DNA of 62,633 nucleotides from Dehalococcoidia bacterium (GCA_041910095.1 JAYRRO010000297.1:1-62633); one strand, 5' to 3'. Counted from the stretch's first letter, positions 27,160-34,969 are shown. Made by a program: numbers and translations. The notes: generated from the letters alone by a model not told the origin.

Positions 27160-27992
27160 CCGAGTTCGATGTTATCCAGCAGGCGCGTGGCCCCGAACTT
27201 CACCACGAGGGAGAGCAGCGCAGGGCGCCGGGCGCGGCCGTGTATCTCGTCCAGGGTTTCGTCGTCGGCCAGGCTGATGTAGTCGATCTCCGCGCGCGGT
27301 TCGGCCGCGATCCGTGCCGCAACGAGACCGCGCAGGGCGGTGGCGTCGCGCTCGCCCCCCGACCAGCGGTCGCGTGCCTCATGGAGTGCGCGGTAGATGA
27401 CTGGAGCGGCGGCACGCTGTTCGGGTGTGAGGTACACGTTGCGGCTGCTCATGGCGAGCCCGTCCGCTTCCCGGACGATGTCGCAGGGGACGATCTCAAC
27501 GGGCAGGTCAAGGTCCGTCGTCATGCGGCGGAGAACGCGGAGCTGCTGAGCATCCTTGCGGCCGAAGTAGGCGCGCGTGGGTTCGCAGGCATTGAAGAGC
27601 TTGAGCACAACCGTCGCGACGCCACGGAAATGGCCCGGCCGGGCTTCGCCTTCGAGGCCCCGCGAGACCCCTTCGACGCTCACATAGGTCTGGTAGCCAT
27701 CGGGATACATGATCGCGGGCGTGGGGAAGTACACGGCGTGGACGCCGGCCTCGCGGAGGAGGTGAAGGTCCCGCTCCTCGTCGCGCGGGTAGCGGGTGAA
27801 GTCCTCGTTGGGGCCGAACTGCGTGGGGTTCACGAAGATGCTGACCGCCGTGCGATCGTTTTCGGCGAGCGAACGGCGCGCGAGGGTGAGATGGCCTTCG
27901 TGGAGGTAGCCCATGGTGGGCACGAACCCAACCGAACCGGGATCGGAACGGCGCCACGCGCGCAGGGCGGCCGGGGTGTGAATGATCTCCAT
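27156..27992 (-). CDS. panC: Pantoate--beta-alanine ligase
   Basis: 'GFVPTMGYLHEGHLTLARRS' and 'VSIFVNPTQFGPNEDF'. GAGGAGG lies upstream of ATG 27992. Confidence 0.95.
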   Translation of the reverse strand: MEIIHTPAALRAWRRSDPGSVGFVPTMGYLHEGHLTLARRSLAENDRTAVSIFVNPTQFGPNEDFTRYPRDEERDLHLLREAGVHAVYFPTPAIMYPDGYQTYVSVEGVSRGLEGEARPGHFRGVATVVLKLFNACEPTRAYFGRKDAQQLRVLRRMTTDLDLPVEIVPCDIVREADGLAMSSRNVYLTPEQRAAAPVIYRALHEARDRWSGGERDATALRGLVAARIAAEPRAEIDYISLADDETLDEIHGRARRPALLSLVVKFGATRLLDNIELG

Positions 27993-28011
27993 CGTGGGGG
28001 CCTCCTCACGC

Positions 28012-28039
28012 GGAGGGCCCTCCCGGGGGAGGGCCCTCT
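28012..28039 (-). other. Intercistronic panB-panC stem-loop (CCCTCC/GGAGGG type)
   Basis: On the minus strand GAGGGCCCTCC-cccg-GGAGGGCCCTC forms an 11-bp stem, just upstream of the panC SD. Confidence 0.4.
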
Positions 28040-28060
28040 GGACATGCGAACAGGCGCTTC

Positions 28061-28900
28061 TCAGGCGTGCGAGAGCTCGGCGAGCGAGTCCTCGGCCATT
28101 TCGAAGCTGTGTTCGGCGGTCGGGAACTGGCCGCCCTCGACCTCCGCGATGTAGCTGCGGACGGCCTGGCGGATTGTCTCGCCGAGGCGGGCGTATTGCT
28201 TCGCGTGCTTCATCTTCCGCTGGTCGTCGTAGATGCCGAGCATGTCGTGGAAGACCTGCACCTGGGCATCGCAGTCGGCGCCAGCGCCGATGCCGATCGT
28301 GGGCACGGTGAGCCGTTCGGTGACCATGCGCGCGAGGGGCGCGGGAATCGTCTCGAGGACAATGGCGAAGGCGCCGGCCTCCTCGAGCGCGCGGGCGTCG
28401 TTGATGAGCTTGGCGGCCGCGGCGGGCGTCTTGCCCTGGACCTTGTGGCCGCCGAATTGGTTCACGCTCTGTGGCGTGAGGCCGAGGTGCCCCATCACGG
28501 GGATGCCGCATTCGACCATGCGCCGGACGAGCGGGACGACGTGGCTGCCGCCTTCGAGCTTGACCGCGGTGGCGCCGCCCTCCTGCAGGAGGCGCCCGGC
28601 GTTTCGCACGGCTTCGTCGGCGTTCGCCTGGTAGCTCATGAAGGGCATGTCGGCGACAACGATGGCCTTGCTCGTGCCCCGAACGACGGCGCGGGTGTGG
28701 TGGATGATGTCGTCCATCGTGACCGGCACGGTGGAGTCGTAGCCAAGGATGACGCTGCCGAGGCTATCGCCGACGAGAATGACGGGAACGCCTGCCTGCT
28801 CGACGAGGCGGGCGCTGGGGTAGTCGTAGGCGGTGATCATGGCGAAGCGCTGACCGTTCGCCTTGAGCTCGCGGAGCTTGTGGATGGAAAGCCGGCTCAT
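28061..28900 (-). CDS. panB: 3-methyl-2-oxobutanoate hydroxymethyltransferase
   Basis: 'MITAYDYPSARLVEQAGVPVILVGDSLG' and 'VKLEGG'. Confidence 0.95.
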   Translation of the reverse strand: MSRLSIHKLRELKANGQRFAMITAYDYPSARLVEQAGVPVILVGDSLGSVILGYDSTVPVTMDDIIHHTRAVVRGTSKAIVVADMPFMSYQANADEAVRNAGRLLQEGGATAVKLEGGSHVVPLVRRMVECGIPVMGHLGLTPQSVNQFGGHKVQGKTPAAAAKLINDARALEEAGAFAIVLETIPAPLARMVTERLTVPTIGIGAGADCDAQVQVFHDMLGIYDDQRKMKHAKQYARLGETIRQAVRSYIAEVEGGQFPTAEHSFEMAEDSLAELSHA

Positions 28901-28910
28901 GACACCCTCT

Positions 28911-29309
28911 TCAGACAGCGGCCAGTTCGCGCGGGTAGGCGGCGATGCCATCGCCGAGCTCCGTCCGCACGATCCGGTTTTGCGCATCGACGAAGACCTT
29001 GCGCGGCTTGAAGCCGTGCACGTCCGCGTCGGTCAGCTGCTGGTAGGCGACGATGATGACGAGATCCTGTTCGCGTACCAGGTGGGCAGCGGCGCCGTTG
29101 ATGCAGATCTCGCCGCTGCCGCGGCGTCCGAGGATGGCGTACGTCTCAAGGCGTGCGCCGTTGGTGACATCCAGGATGTGGACCTGTTCATACGGGAGGA
29201 TCCCCGCCGCCTCGAGGAGGTCGGGGTCCACGGTGACGGAGCCCTCGTAATTGAGGTTCGCCTCGGTGACGGTGGCGCGATGGATCTTTCCAGACATCAT
29301 CGTGCGCAA
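28911..29309 (-). CDS. panD: Aspartate 1-decarboxylase
   Basis: '[21 protein letters not shown]', containing the self-processing Gly-Ser. TTG 29309 has GGAGGG 8 nt upstream. Confidence 0.93.
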   Translation of the reverse strand: MRTMMSGKIHRATVTEANLNYEGSVTVDPDLLEAAGILPYEQVHILDVTNGARLETYAILGRRGSGEICINGAAAHLVREQDLVIIVAYQQLTDADVHGFKPRKVFVDAQNRIVRTELGDGIAAYPRELAAV

Positions 29310-29536
29310 GGAGCTGTCCCTCCGTGGCGGCCGTCGCCCGCGAAAAACCCCGCCGGTTCGGGCGGGGCTGTTGGGTCGGCAAGTGGCCGCTGAGGCGGGT
29401 CGTTGCTCGATCCGTACCGGCCGCGCGCGGTCCAGGCGGATGCTCTTGCGTGGGATCGGGTCGCCAGACTTCCCAGGCTCGCCTTCCTCTCGGATAGACG
29501 GCAGCGCGATCTTCCCCCTTGTACGGCGAATGTCAA
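29310..29536 (-). promoter_or_regulatory. Long 5' leader of panDBC with a candidate promoter and an internal intrinsic terminator (riboswitch/attenuator candidate)
   Basis: On the minus strand: TTGACA (29536-29531), a 16-nt spacer, GAAGAT (29514-29509), about 140 nt of GC-rich leader, then a terminator hairpin plus TTTTT ending 34 nt before the panD start. Confidence 0.45.
29343..29367 (-). terminator. Intrinsic terminator inside the pan leader
   Basis: Minus strand CCCCGCC-cgaacc-GGCGGGG followed by TTTTT. Confidence 0.7.
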
Positions 29537-29575
29537 TACCTCGCGCGGAAAGGCCAGGGATTCGTCAGGAAAGGC

Positions 29576-29607
29576 GCGCGGCCCCTCCTTTTCAGGAGGG
29601 GCCGCGC
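29576..29607 (-). terminator. Terminator hairpin downstream of the tandem-cupredoxin gene
   Basis: GCGCGGCCCCTCC-(6 nt)-GGAGGGGCCGCGC, a 13-bp perfect stem starting 24 nt after the stop at 29632. Confidence 0.6.
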
Positions 29608-29631
29608 TGTTTCAACCGGAGGGGCGGGCGG

Positions 29632-30744
29632 CTAGCGGGCGGCCCGGCGCCGCGCCACCAGGACGGATCCACCGCCCGCGACGATGGCCGCGACGATGGC
29701 TCCCGCGAGAAGCATCCAGCCGTCGCCGCCCTGCTGCCCGGAGCCCGTGTTCGGCGGGCCAGGCGCACGGGTCGACGGCGTTGGGGCAGCCTCGACCGTG
29801 ATGGTGCCCACCATCGCCTGGTCGGCGTGGAGGATGCAGTAGTACTGGTAGGTCCCGGCCTTGGTGAACTTCAGTTCGAAGCTCTTGATCTCGTTCGGAT
29901 CGGCCGGGGCACCCGGAGGCGACGCGGTCATGATGCCGCTGTTGACGAAGCCAGAGCCGTCATAGCCGGCCGCGGGCTTGTTGGGCGGGAGGGCGAACGG
30001 ATCGAAGCCCGGGCCCGGTGGAGGCGTGATGGGACCGAACGAAACGGTATGCGGCGTCGGGGCCGTGGCCTTCCATTCGACCGTGTCGCCGGCCGTAATC
30101 TTCGCGGCGGCCGGGAAGAACTGCATGACATCATCGCCGCCGCGCGTGGCGGGGCCGATGCTGAGCGTGTACTTGTTGCCGCCGCTGGCCATCGGCGTGA
30201 CGGCGGCGGACTGCGCCCCGAGCCCGGCGGCGATGGTCTTGAGGGCGCCCAGGCGATTCACGTAGTTGTTCGTGCGGCGCTCGTTGACGGTGGACTGGGA
30301 GTCGACGTTGCCGCCGTTCACAACGGTGACGGAGCCCGTCATGAAGGGGTGAATTTCGCAGGCGTACTTGAAGGTGCCCGCCTTCGTGAACTTGACCTCG
30401 AACGGCTTCACGCTGCCGTTCGGGTTCCCGAAGATGAGGTCGCTGGTAAGGACACCCGTGCCATCGTAGGTCGCGGGGGACGTGGCCGGCTTCGTCGTCG
30501 CCGTGACGGTGCCAAAGGTGATGGTGTGCGGTTCGAACCAGGGGAAGTGCCAGGCGACGGTGGTGCCGGTGGCGATGGTGAGGGTCTCGGGCAGGAAGGC
30601 GTTCACGGCGTAGCCGGGCTCGCCGTTGCCGGCATCGACGTGGATGGTGGCCGCCTGCGCGCTCGCGGAATGCGCGCCGCCGCCGCCCACAAGGGCAAAT
30701 GCGCCAATGGCCGCGGCCATGAGCCCGGCCAGAATCCGTTTCAT
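29632..30744 (-). CDS. Secreted tandem cupredoxin (two type-1 copper domains) with a C-terminal membrane anchor or sorting-like signal
   Basis: Signal peptide 'MKRILAGLMAAAIGAFALVGG'. Ligand sets: 'PHTITF...YACEIHPFM' and 'PHTVSF...YYCILHADQAM'. The C-terminus is 'PPNTGSG...GWMLLAGAIVAAIVAGGGSVLVARRRAAR'. A GGGAGG Shine-Dalgarno precedes ATG 30744. Confidence 0.8.
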   Translation of the reverse strand: MKRILAGLMAAAIGAFALVGGGGAHSASAQAATIHVDAGNGEPGYAVNAFLPETLTIATGTTVAWHFPWFEPHTITFGTVTATTKPATSPATYDGTGVLTSDLIFGNPNGSVKPFEVKFTKAGTFKYACEIHPFMTGSVTVVNGGNVDSQSTVNERRTNNYVNRLGALKTIAAGLGAQSAAVTPMASGGNKYTLSIGPATRGGDDVMQFFPAAAKITAGDTVEWKATAPTPHTVSFGPITPPPGPGFDPFALPPNKPAAGYDGSGFVNSGIMTASPPGAPADPNEIKSFELKFTKAGTYQYYCILHADQAMVGTITVEAAPTPSTRAPGPPNTGSGQQGGDGWMLLAGAIVAAIVAGGGSVLVARRRAAR

Positions 30745-30786
30745 CGGCAATGAACCTCCCCGTTCTGTCTCATTCGACAACGCGCA

Positions 30787-30815
30787 AATCTACGCGTCTG
30801 AACCGCGCAAAACAA
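30787..30815 (-). promoter_or_regulatory. Candidate promoter of the tandem-cupredoxin gene
   Basis: On the minus strand: TTGTTT (30815-30810), a 17-nt spacer, then TAGATT (30792-30787). Confidence 0.4.
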
Positions 30816-30866
30816 TCCATCGAAGGGCGGAGGCGGCAGCCCTGCCGAGGGCGGAGGGCGAAGGGT

Positions 30867-31859
30867 TCAGCCCAGGGCGGGGATGCCGGCGACCGGCTTC
30901 GCCCGCTGGACGCTCCTGAGGATGGCGATCTCCACGGCGCGGGCCGCCATCGCGCCGATTGTCAGCGTGTCCGTCTCGCGCACCTCGAGGCTGCCCATGG
31001 AGAGCGCGAAGGCGATGTCGCCATCGGCGAAGCTGTGCACGGGGACGATGACGCGCGCCATGCCGTCGTGAGCCTGGTAGGCGATGCGCTGGAGGTGGTG
31101 GTGTTCGAGCTTCGCGTTGGTCGCGACGGCCACGAGCGTGGTGTTCGTGGGCTCGAGGAGAGCGTCCAACTGCGCGGTCCGGCGTTCGAGCATCTCCGGG
31201 AGCGAGGCCATGCGGCCGTCGGCATCCCGCGGGCCGGCAATGAGCGCACCCGAGTCCGGGTCGTGGATGGACCCGACCGCGTTCGTGACGGCGAGTGCAC
31301 CGGCGACGATCCCGCGTGGGCCCACGAGGCTGCTGGTACCGAGCCCGCCCTTGATGCGGCCCTCGGAGCCGAGGAGCTTGGCGACGGTGGCGCCCGTACC
31401 GGCGCCGACGCTGCCCTCGGCGACGCGTCCGCCGGTCGCCCGGCTGGCGGCCGCGTAACCCGCGTCCTCGCCGGGGAAGGCAGTCTCGCTGCCGGCGGCG
31501 AGGTCGTAGATGACGGCGGCGGGCACGATCGGCACTTTCGCCATCTTCGTGCCGAAGCCGACCCCCTGTTCGCGGAACCAGCGCATGACGCCGGTGGCCG
31601 CGGCCAGCCCGAAGGCACTCCCCCCGGCGAAGAGGATGCCGTGGCAGGTACGAACCAGGTTCGCGCCCGCGAGGACGTCGGTTTCGCGCGTCCCGGGGGC
31701 GCCGCCGCGTGCATCGACGGCGGCTGCGGTGGCGGTTTCGCAGCGGATGACCGTACAGCCGGTGGCGCCGCGGCGGTCGGTCCAGTGGCCCACGCGGATG
31801 CCTTCGACATCGGTAATGGCGTCGCGAGGGCCGGCCTGCCAGCCGGGTTCGCGGCTCAC
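30867..31859 (-). CDS. P1/S58 family peptidase (DmpA / L-aminopeptidase-like)
   Basis: 'ITDVEGIRVGHWTD..GATGCTV', 'GGSAFGL' and 'NTTLVAVATNA' are typical of the DmpA/S58 family. GTG 31859 overlaps the upstream TGA (GTGA). Confidence 0.8.
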   Translation of the reverse strand: MSREPGWQAGPRDAITDVEGIRVGHWTDRRGATGCTVIRCETATAAAVDARGGAPGTRETDVLAGANLVRTCHGILFAGGSAFGLAAATGVMRWFREQGVGFGTKMAKVPIVPAAVIYDLAAGSETAFPGEDAGYAAASRATGGRVAEGSVGAGTGATVAKLLGSEGRIKGGLGTSSLVGPRGIVAGALAVTNAVGSIHDPDSGALIAGPRDADGRMASLPEMLERRTAQLDALLEPTNTTLVAVATNAKLEHHHLQRIAYQAHDGMARVIVPVHSFADGDIAFALSMGSLEVRETDTLTIGAMAARAVEIAILRSVQRAKPVAGIPALG

Positions 31860-32497
31860 TGCCGCCCGGCCGGCGCGCGGCGCGCATCGAGATACGAACC
31901 GAGAAAGCCCCGGGCGACCGAGGAAAGGTCCGCGGTGAGGTCGGCGAGCGCCGCCGCGTCGTGCTCTTCGGTGCCGAGGCTGGCGGCGACATGCCCGCCC
32001 GACGGAGTCGGCCCCGCGAACCAGCACTCCTCGCTCAGGCGGCCATTCGGAAGCAGGAGCATGGGACTGCCGAGCTCGGCGGCGGCAACGAGGTCGGAGA
32101 GGGTGGCGAGCCCGGGCTGGGCCCGCAGCATTGTCGCGCTGCCCAGGGCATCGCCGCCGAGGCCGAGTTCGCGCAGCATCTGCTCGGGTGTCAGCGTCCC
32201 GGCGGCCTGGATGAACGCGGTCCACTGCTCGAGGCTCGGGAGCGGCTTCGCAAGCGAACGCGCCACCGGATAGCGGCGGTCAGCGAGGGCGAGGTAGACG
32301 CCCGTAAGGCGGCGGCATGCCTCGGCGAGCTGCTCCGCGAGCAGCCCCGAGAGGATCAACCGGTCGTTGTAGCTCGCGAGCACGAGCGAACGGAGAAGCG
32401 AATCCGCGACGACCTGGGGCTTGCGCAGCGCGCCCTGGAGGTACGCCTCCACGAAGGCGAGCTCGCCCAGTGCGCCCGGGTAGGCATGCGCGTCCAT
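31856..32497 (-). CDS. Hypothetical protein
   Basis: 213 aa with no recognised motif. It sits between the APH-like kinase and the DmpA-like peptidase and is coupled to the latter by a GTGA overlap. Confidence 0.5.
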   Translation of the reverse strand: MDAHAYPGALGELAFVEAYLQGALRKPQVVADSLLRSLVLASYNDRLILSGLLAEQLAEACRRLTGVYLALADRRYPVARSLAKPLPSLEQWTAFIQAAGTLTPEQMLRELGLGGDALGSATMLRAQPGLATLSDLVAAAELGSPMLLLPNGRLSEECWFAGPTPSGGHVAASLGTEEHDAAALADLTADLSSVARGFLGSYLDARRAPAGRQ

Positions 32498-32506
32498 GCG
32501 CGGATT

Positions 32507-33406
32507 CTACGGCCAGAGGGCGGCGCGCAGCGCGGCCGCCGTGGCGTCGGCACCCGCCGCCCGGCGCAGGGCATCGTGCGTCCGCGCCGCGAGCACGGAG
32601 ATGCGCTCGGTGGCGGCGTCATCGCCACGTGCGAGGACCTGGCGGCGGGGCAGCTCGACCAGCCACGAGAGGCCCCACGGGATGGTCGCCAGGTCGATCG
32701 CGTCGGCGGTCGCGGCAGGGTCGAGGGCGAGCCGCCGGGCATACCGCTCGGCGAGGTCGCGGCGAAGGGGCGGTTCGAGCCCCGCCGTCGCGAGGAAGGC
32801 GGCGATGTCAAGCAGCTGGTGGCCGTGTCCCGCGGCCCCGAATTCGACCAGCCGCGGGCCCCCGGCGGTGAACACGACATTCCCCGCGTGCAGCTCCCCA
32901 TGCACGAAGCCGACGGGGCCCGCGCCAAGTGCCTCGCGGGCGGTTGCGAGGAGCTCGGCCGCAGGCTCCCGCTCGTGCGCGGCGAAGCCGAGGCGGTGCA
33001 GGGGCAAGTCCGGACCGGGCACCGGCGCGGCCTGTTGGAGTCCCGAGCGGAGCTTGTCGCCGGCCGGGAGCTGGTGCAGCGCCGCGATTACGTCGACCGC
33101 TTCCTCCAGCGCGGTTGCAGGGGGCACGAGGGCGAGCGCGGTGAGGCCCTCGAAAGCGGTCTCCGCCATCAGCCCGCCGGTGAACGCGAGCAGCCGCGGC
33201 ACGGGTGCGAACCCCAGGCGAGCGAGGGCGTCGAGCACCGCGGCGTGGTTCTGAGCGGCGATGGACCCGGCCCCACGAACGAGCACCTCGCGACGGGCGC
33301 CATCCTGTTCGATCGCGACACGAAGGATGCCGGGCTCCACGGTCTCGGCGCCGGTGATGGCGTCCAGGGGGACCCCGAGGATGGCGGCGAGGTCTTCAAG
33401 CTCCAT
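32507..33406 (-). CDS. Aminoglycoside-phosphotransferase/choline-kinase-like fold protein (atypical catalytic residues)
   Basis: 'FVHGELHAGNVVF' aligns with the HGDxxxxN catalytic loop, and 'LVEFGAAGHGHQLLDIA' with the metal-binding D-x-G region. ATG 33406 overlaps the mutM end by 11 nt. Confidence 0.6.
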   Translation of the reverse strand: MELEDLAAILGVPLDAITGAETVEPGILRVAIEQDGARREVLVRGAGSIAAQNHAAVLDALARLGFAPVPRLLAFTGGLMAETAFEGLTALALVPPATALEEAVDVIAALHQLPAGDKLRSGLQQAAPVPGPDLPLHRLGFAAHEREPAAELLATAREALGAGPVGFVHGELHAGNVVFTAGGPRLVEFGAAGHGHQLLDIAAFLATAGLEPPLRRDLAERYARRLALDPAATADAIDLATIPWGLSWLVELPRRQVLARGDDAATERISVLAARTHDALRRAAGADATAAALRAALWP

Positions 33407-34250
33407 GGGGCTGGCTCCTCTGGCGTGCGCGACGCTGGCAGTGTGGGCAGTAATGCGTGCCGCGGCCACCGACGACGGTTCGCAGGATGGTGGCGCCGCA
33501 GGTATAGCAGGGCTTGCCGTGGCGGCGAAACACCTGCACGTGCATGTGCTGTTGGCCCGGCTGCCCCTGGCCGTCGACGTAGTCCTTGAAGCTGGCGCCG
33601 CGGTTTTCGATGCCGCGTTCGAGGACGCTGCGGGCCGCGGCCCAAAGCCTCCGCGCGGCGGCCGGCGAGACGTCGGACGCGGGCGTATCGGGGCGAACGC
33701 GCGCTTCAAACAGCGCCTCGTCGACATAGATGTTGCCGAGCCCGGACATCCGGCGCTGGTCCAGGAGGACGGCCTTGATCGGAGCCGACCGCCCCGCGAG
33801 CGCCGCGCGAAACGCCCGGAAGGTGAACGCGTCGTCGATTGGCTCGGGGCCGAGCTTGCCGACCGCCTCGGCCGGGTCATCGACGATGCGCCAGGTCCCG
33901 AACTTACGCAGGTCGCCCCAGCGGAGATCGTGCCCATTGTCGAGGCGGATGCGTGCGCGTTCGTACGGTTCCGGCGGCGCATCCGATGGCCTCCAGACGA
34001 GGCGGCCCGTCATGCGCAGATGGACGACGAACGTGCGGCCGTCGTCGAGCGCGAACAGGAGGTATTTGCCACGGCGGCCGGCAGCCGTGATGGTCCGGCC
34101 GATCAGCGCGTGCCGGAGTGCCTCGATGGGGAGGCCGCCGGCGAGCAGCCCGAGCGTGGCAGGGTCCACATCAACGGCGGTGATGCTGCGGCCGGCCACT
34201 AGCGGTTCAAGGTCGCGGCGGATGGTCTCGACTTCGGGGAGTTCGGGCAC
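33396..34250 (-). CDS. mutM: Formamidopyrimidine-DNA glycosylase
   Basis: N-terminal 'PELPEVE' (GTG start) and C-terminal zinc finger 'CYTCG...CPHCQ'. Confidence 0.93.
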   Translation of the reverse strand: MPELPEVETIRRDLEPLVAGRSITAVDVDPATLGLLAGGLPIEALRHALIGRTITAAGRRGKYLLFALDDGRTFVVHLRMTGRLVWRPSDAPPEPYERARIRLDNGHDLRWGDLRKFGTWRIVDDPAEAVGKLGPEPIDDAFTFRAFRAALAGRSAPIKAVLLDQRRMSGLGNIYVDEALFEARVRPDTPASDVSPAAARRLWAAARSVLERGIENRGASFKDYVDGQGQPGQQHMHVQVFRRHGKPCYTCGATILRTVVGGRGTHYCPHCQRRARQRSQPHGA

Positions 34251-34256
34251 GGCCCA

Positions 34257-34306
34257 AGCGTACCAACGGCGGCGCGCTCGCGGCAGCCCGCGGCAGCGGC
34301 GATACT
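34257..34306. promoter_or_regulatory. Back-to-back candidate leaderless promoters for mutM (-) and ruvA (+)
   Basis: On the minus strand TGG-TACGCT (34262-34257) lies 6 nt before GTG 34250. On the plus strand GATACT (34301-34306) lies 6 nt before GTG 34313. Neither gene has an SD. Confidence 0.5.
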
Positions 34307-34312
34307 GCGGCC

Positions 34313-34969
34313 GTGATTACGCACCTGCAGGGCCGTCTCGCGCGCATGGACATCACCGGCCCGGTAGTTGAGGTAGATGTCGCGGGCGTGCGGTACGAGG
34401 TGCTCGTGCCGCTGTTCCTCTGGCCGGAGTTGCAGGGCATCGCGGGGGGAAAGGAACTCGACGCCGCAGCGCCGGAGATCGGGCTGCACATCCACTATTC
34501 GGCGAGTGCGAACCAGCCGGTGCCCGTGCTCGTGGGGTTCCTGCGGCGTGCCGAGCGCGACTTTTTCCGCAAGTTCATCACCGTCGAGGGCGTGGGGCCC
34601 GCGAAGGCCGCCAAAGCGATGAACGTCTCCGTTTCGACGATCGCGCGGGCCATTGAGCAGGAGGACCGCGCCGCGCTCACGCGCCTGCCCGGCATCGGGG
34701 CGCGGGGTGCGGACAAGATCATCGCGTCGCTGCGGGGCAAGGTGGTGGCGGAAGCATCGATGCACGATGGCGCCATCGAAAAGCCCGTGGACACGGCACG
34801 TCTCGAACGCGACCGCGTGCTCGCGGACGCGATCGAGACGATCGCGGCACTCGGGTTTCCCCGGGCGGATGCGCGGCGCTGGGTGGAGGACGCCCACGTG
34901 CGGGAGCCTTCGCTGCAATCGGTGGAAGCGCTCACGCTCGCGGTCCTGCGGGGAAGGGACCAGGGTTAA
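34313..34969 (+). CDS. ruvA: Holliday junction branch migration complex subunit RuvA
   Basis: 'MITHLQGRL....GPVVEVDVAGVRYEV', and HhH motifs 'FITVEGVGPAKAAKAM' and 'LTRLPGIGARGADKI'. Confidence 0.9.
   Translation: MITHLQGRLARMDITGPVVEVDVAGVRYEVLVPLFLWPELQGIAGGKELDAAAPEIGLHIHYSASANQPVPVLVGFLRRAERDFFRKFITVEGVGPAKAAKAMNVSVSTIARAIEQEDRAALTRLPGIGARGADKIIASLRGKVVAEASMHDGAIEKPVDTARLERDRVLADAIETIAALGFPRADARRWVEDAHVREPSLQSVEALTLAVLRGRDQG

Noticed and set aside
27156-28511. 451-aa ORF that would extend panC upstream
   Set aside because: The PanC homology starts at 'MEIIHTPAAL' (ATG 27992, with a GAGGAGG Shine-Dalgarno). The extension overlaps panB in another frame.
29373-29575. SRP RNA or 6S RNA between the two minus-strand terminators
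   Set aside because: No recognisable SRP domain IV loops or 6S central bubble are present. The position directly upstream of panD fits a cis-acting leader better.
30750-32273. 507-aa plus-strand ORF, plus several minus-strand alternative frames over 30790-32225
   Set aside because: These are shadows of the DmpA-like peptidase and the 213-aa hypothetical gene. Only the chosen frames give family motifs and clean GTGA coupling.
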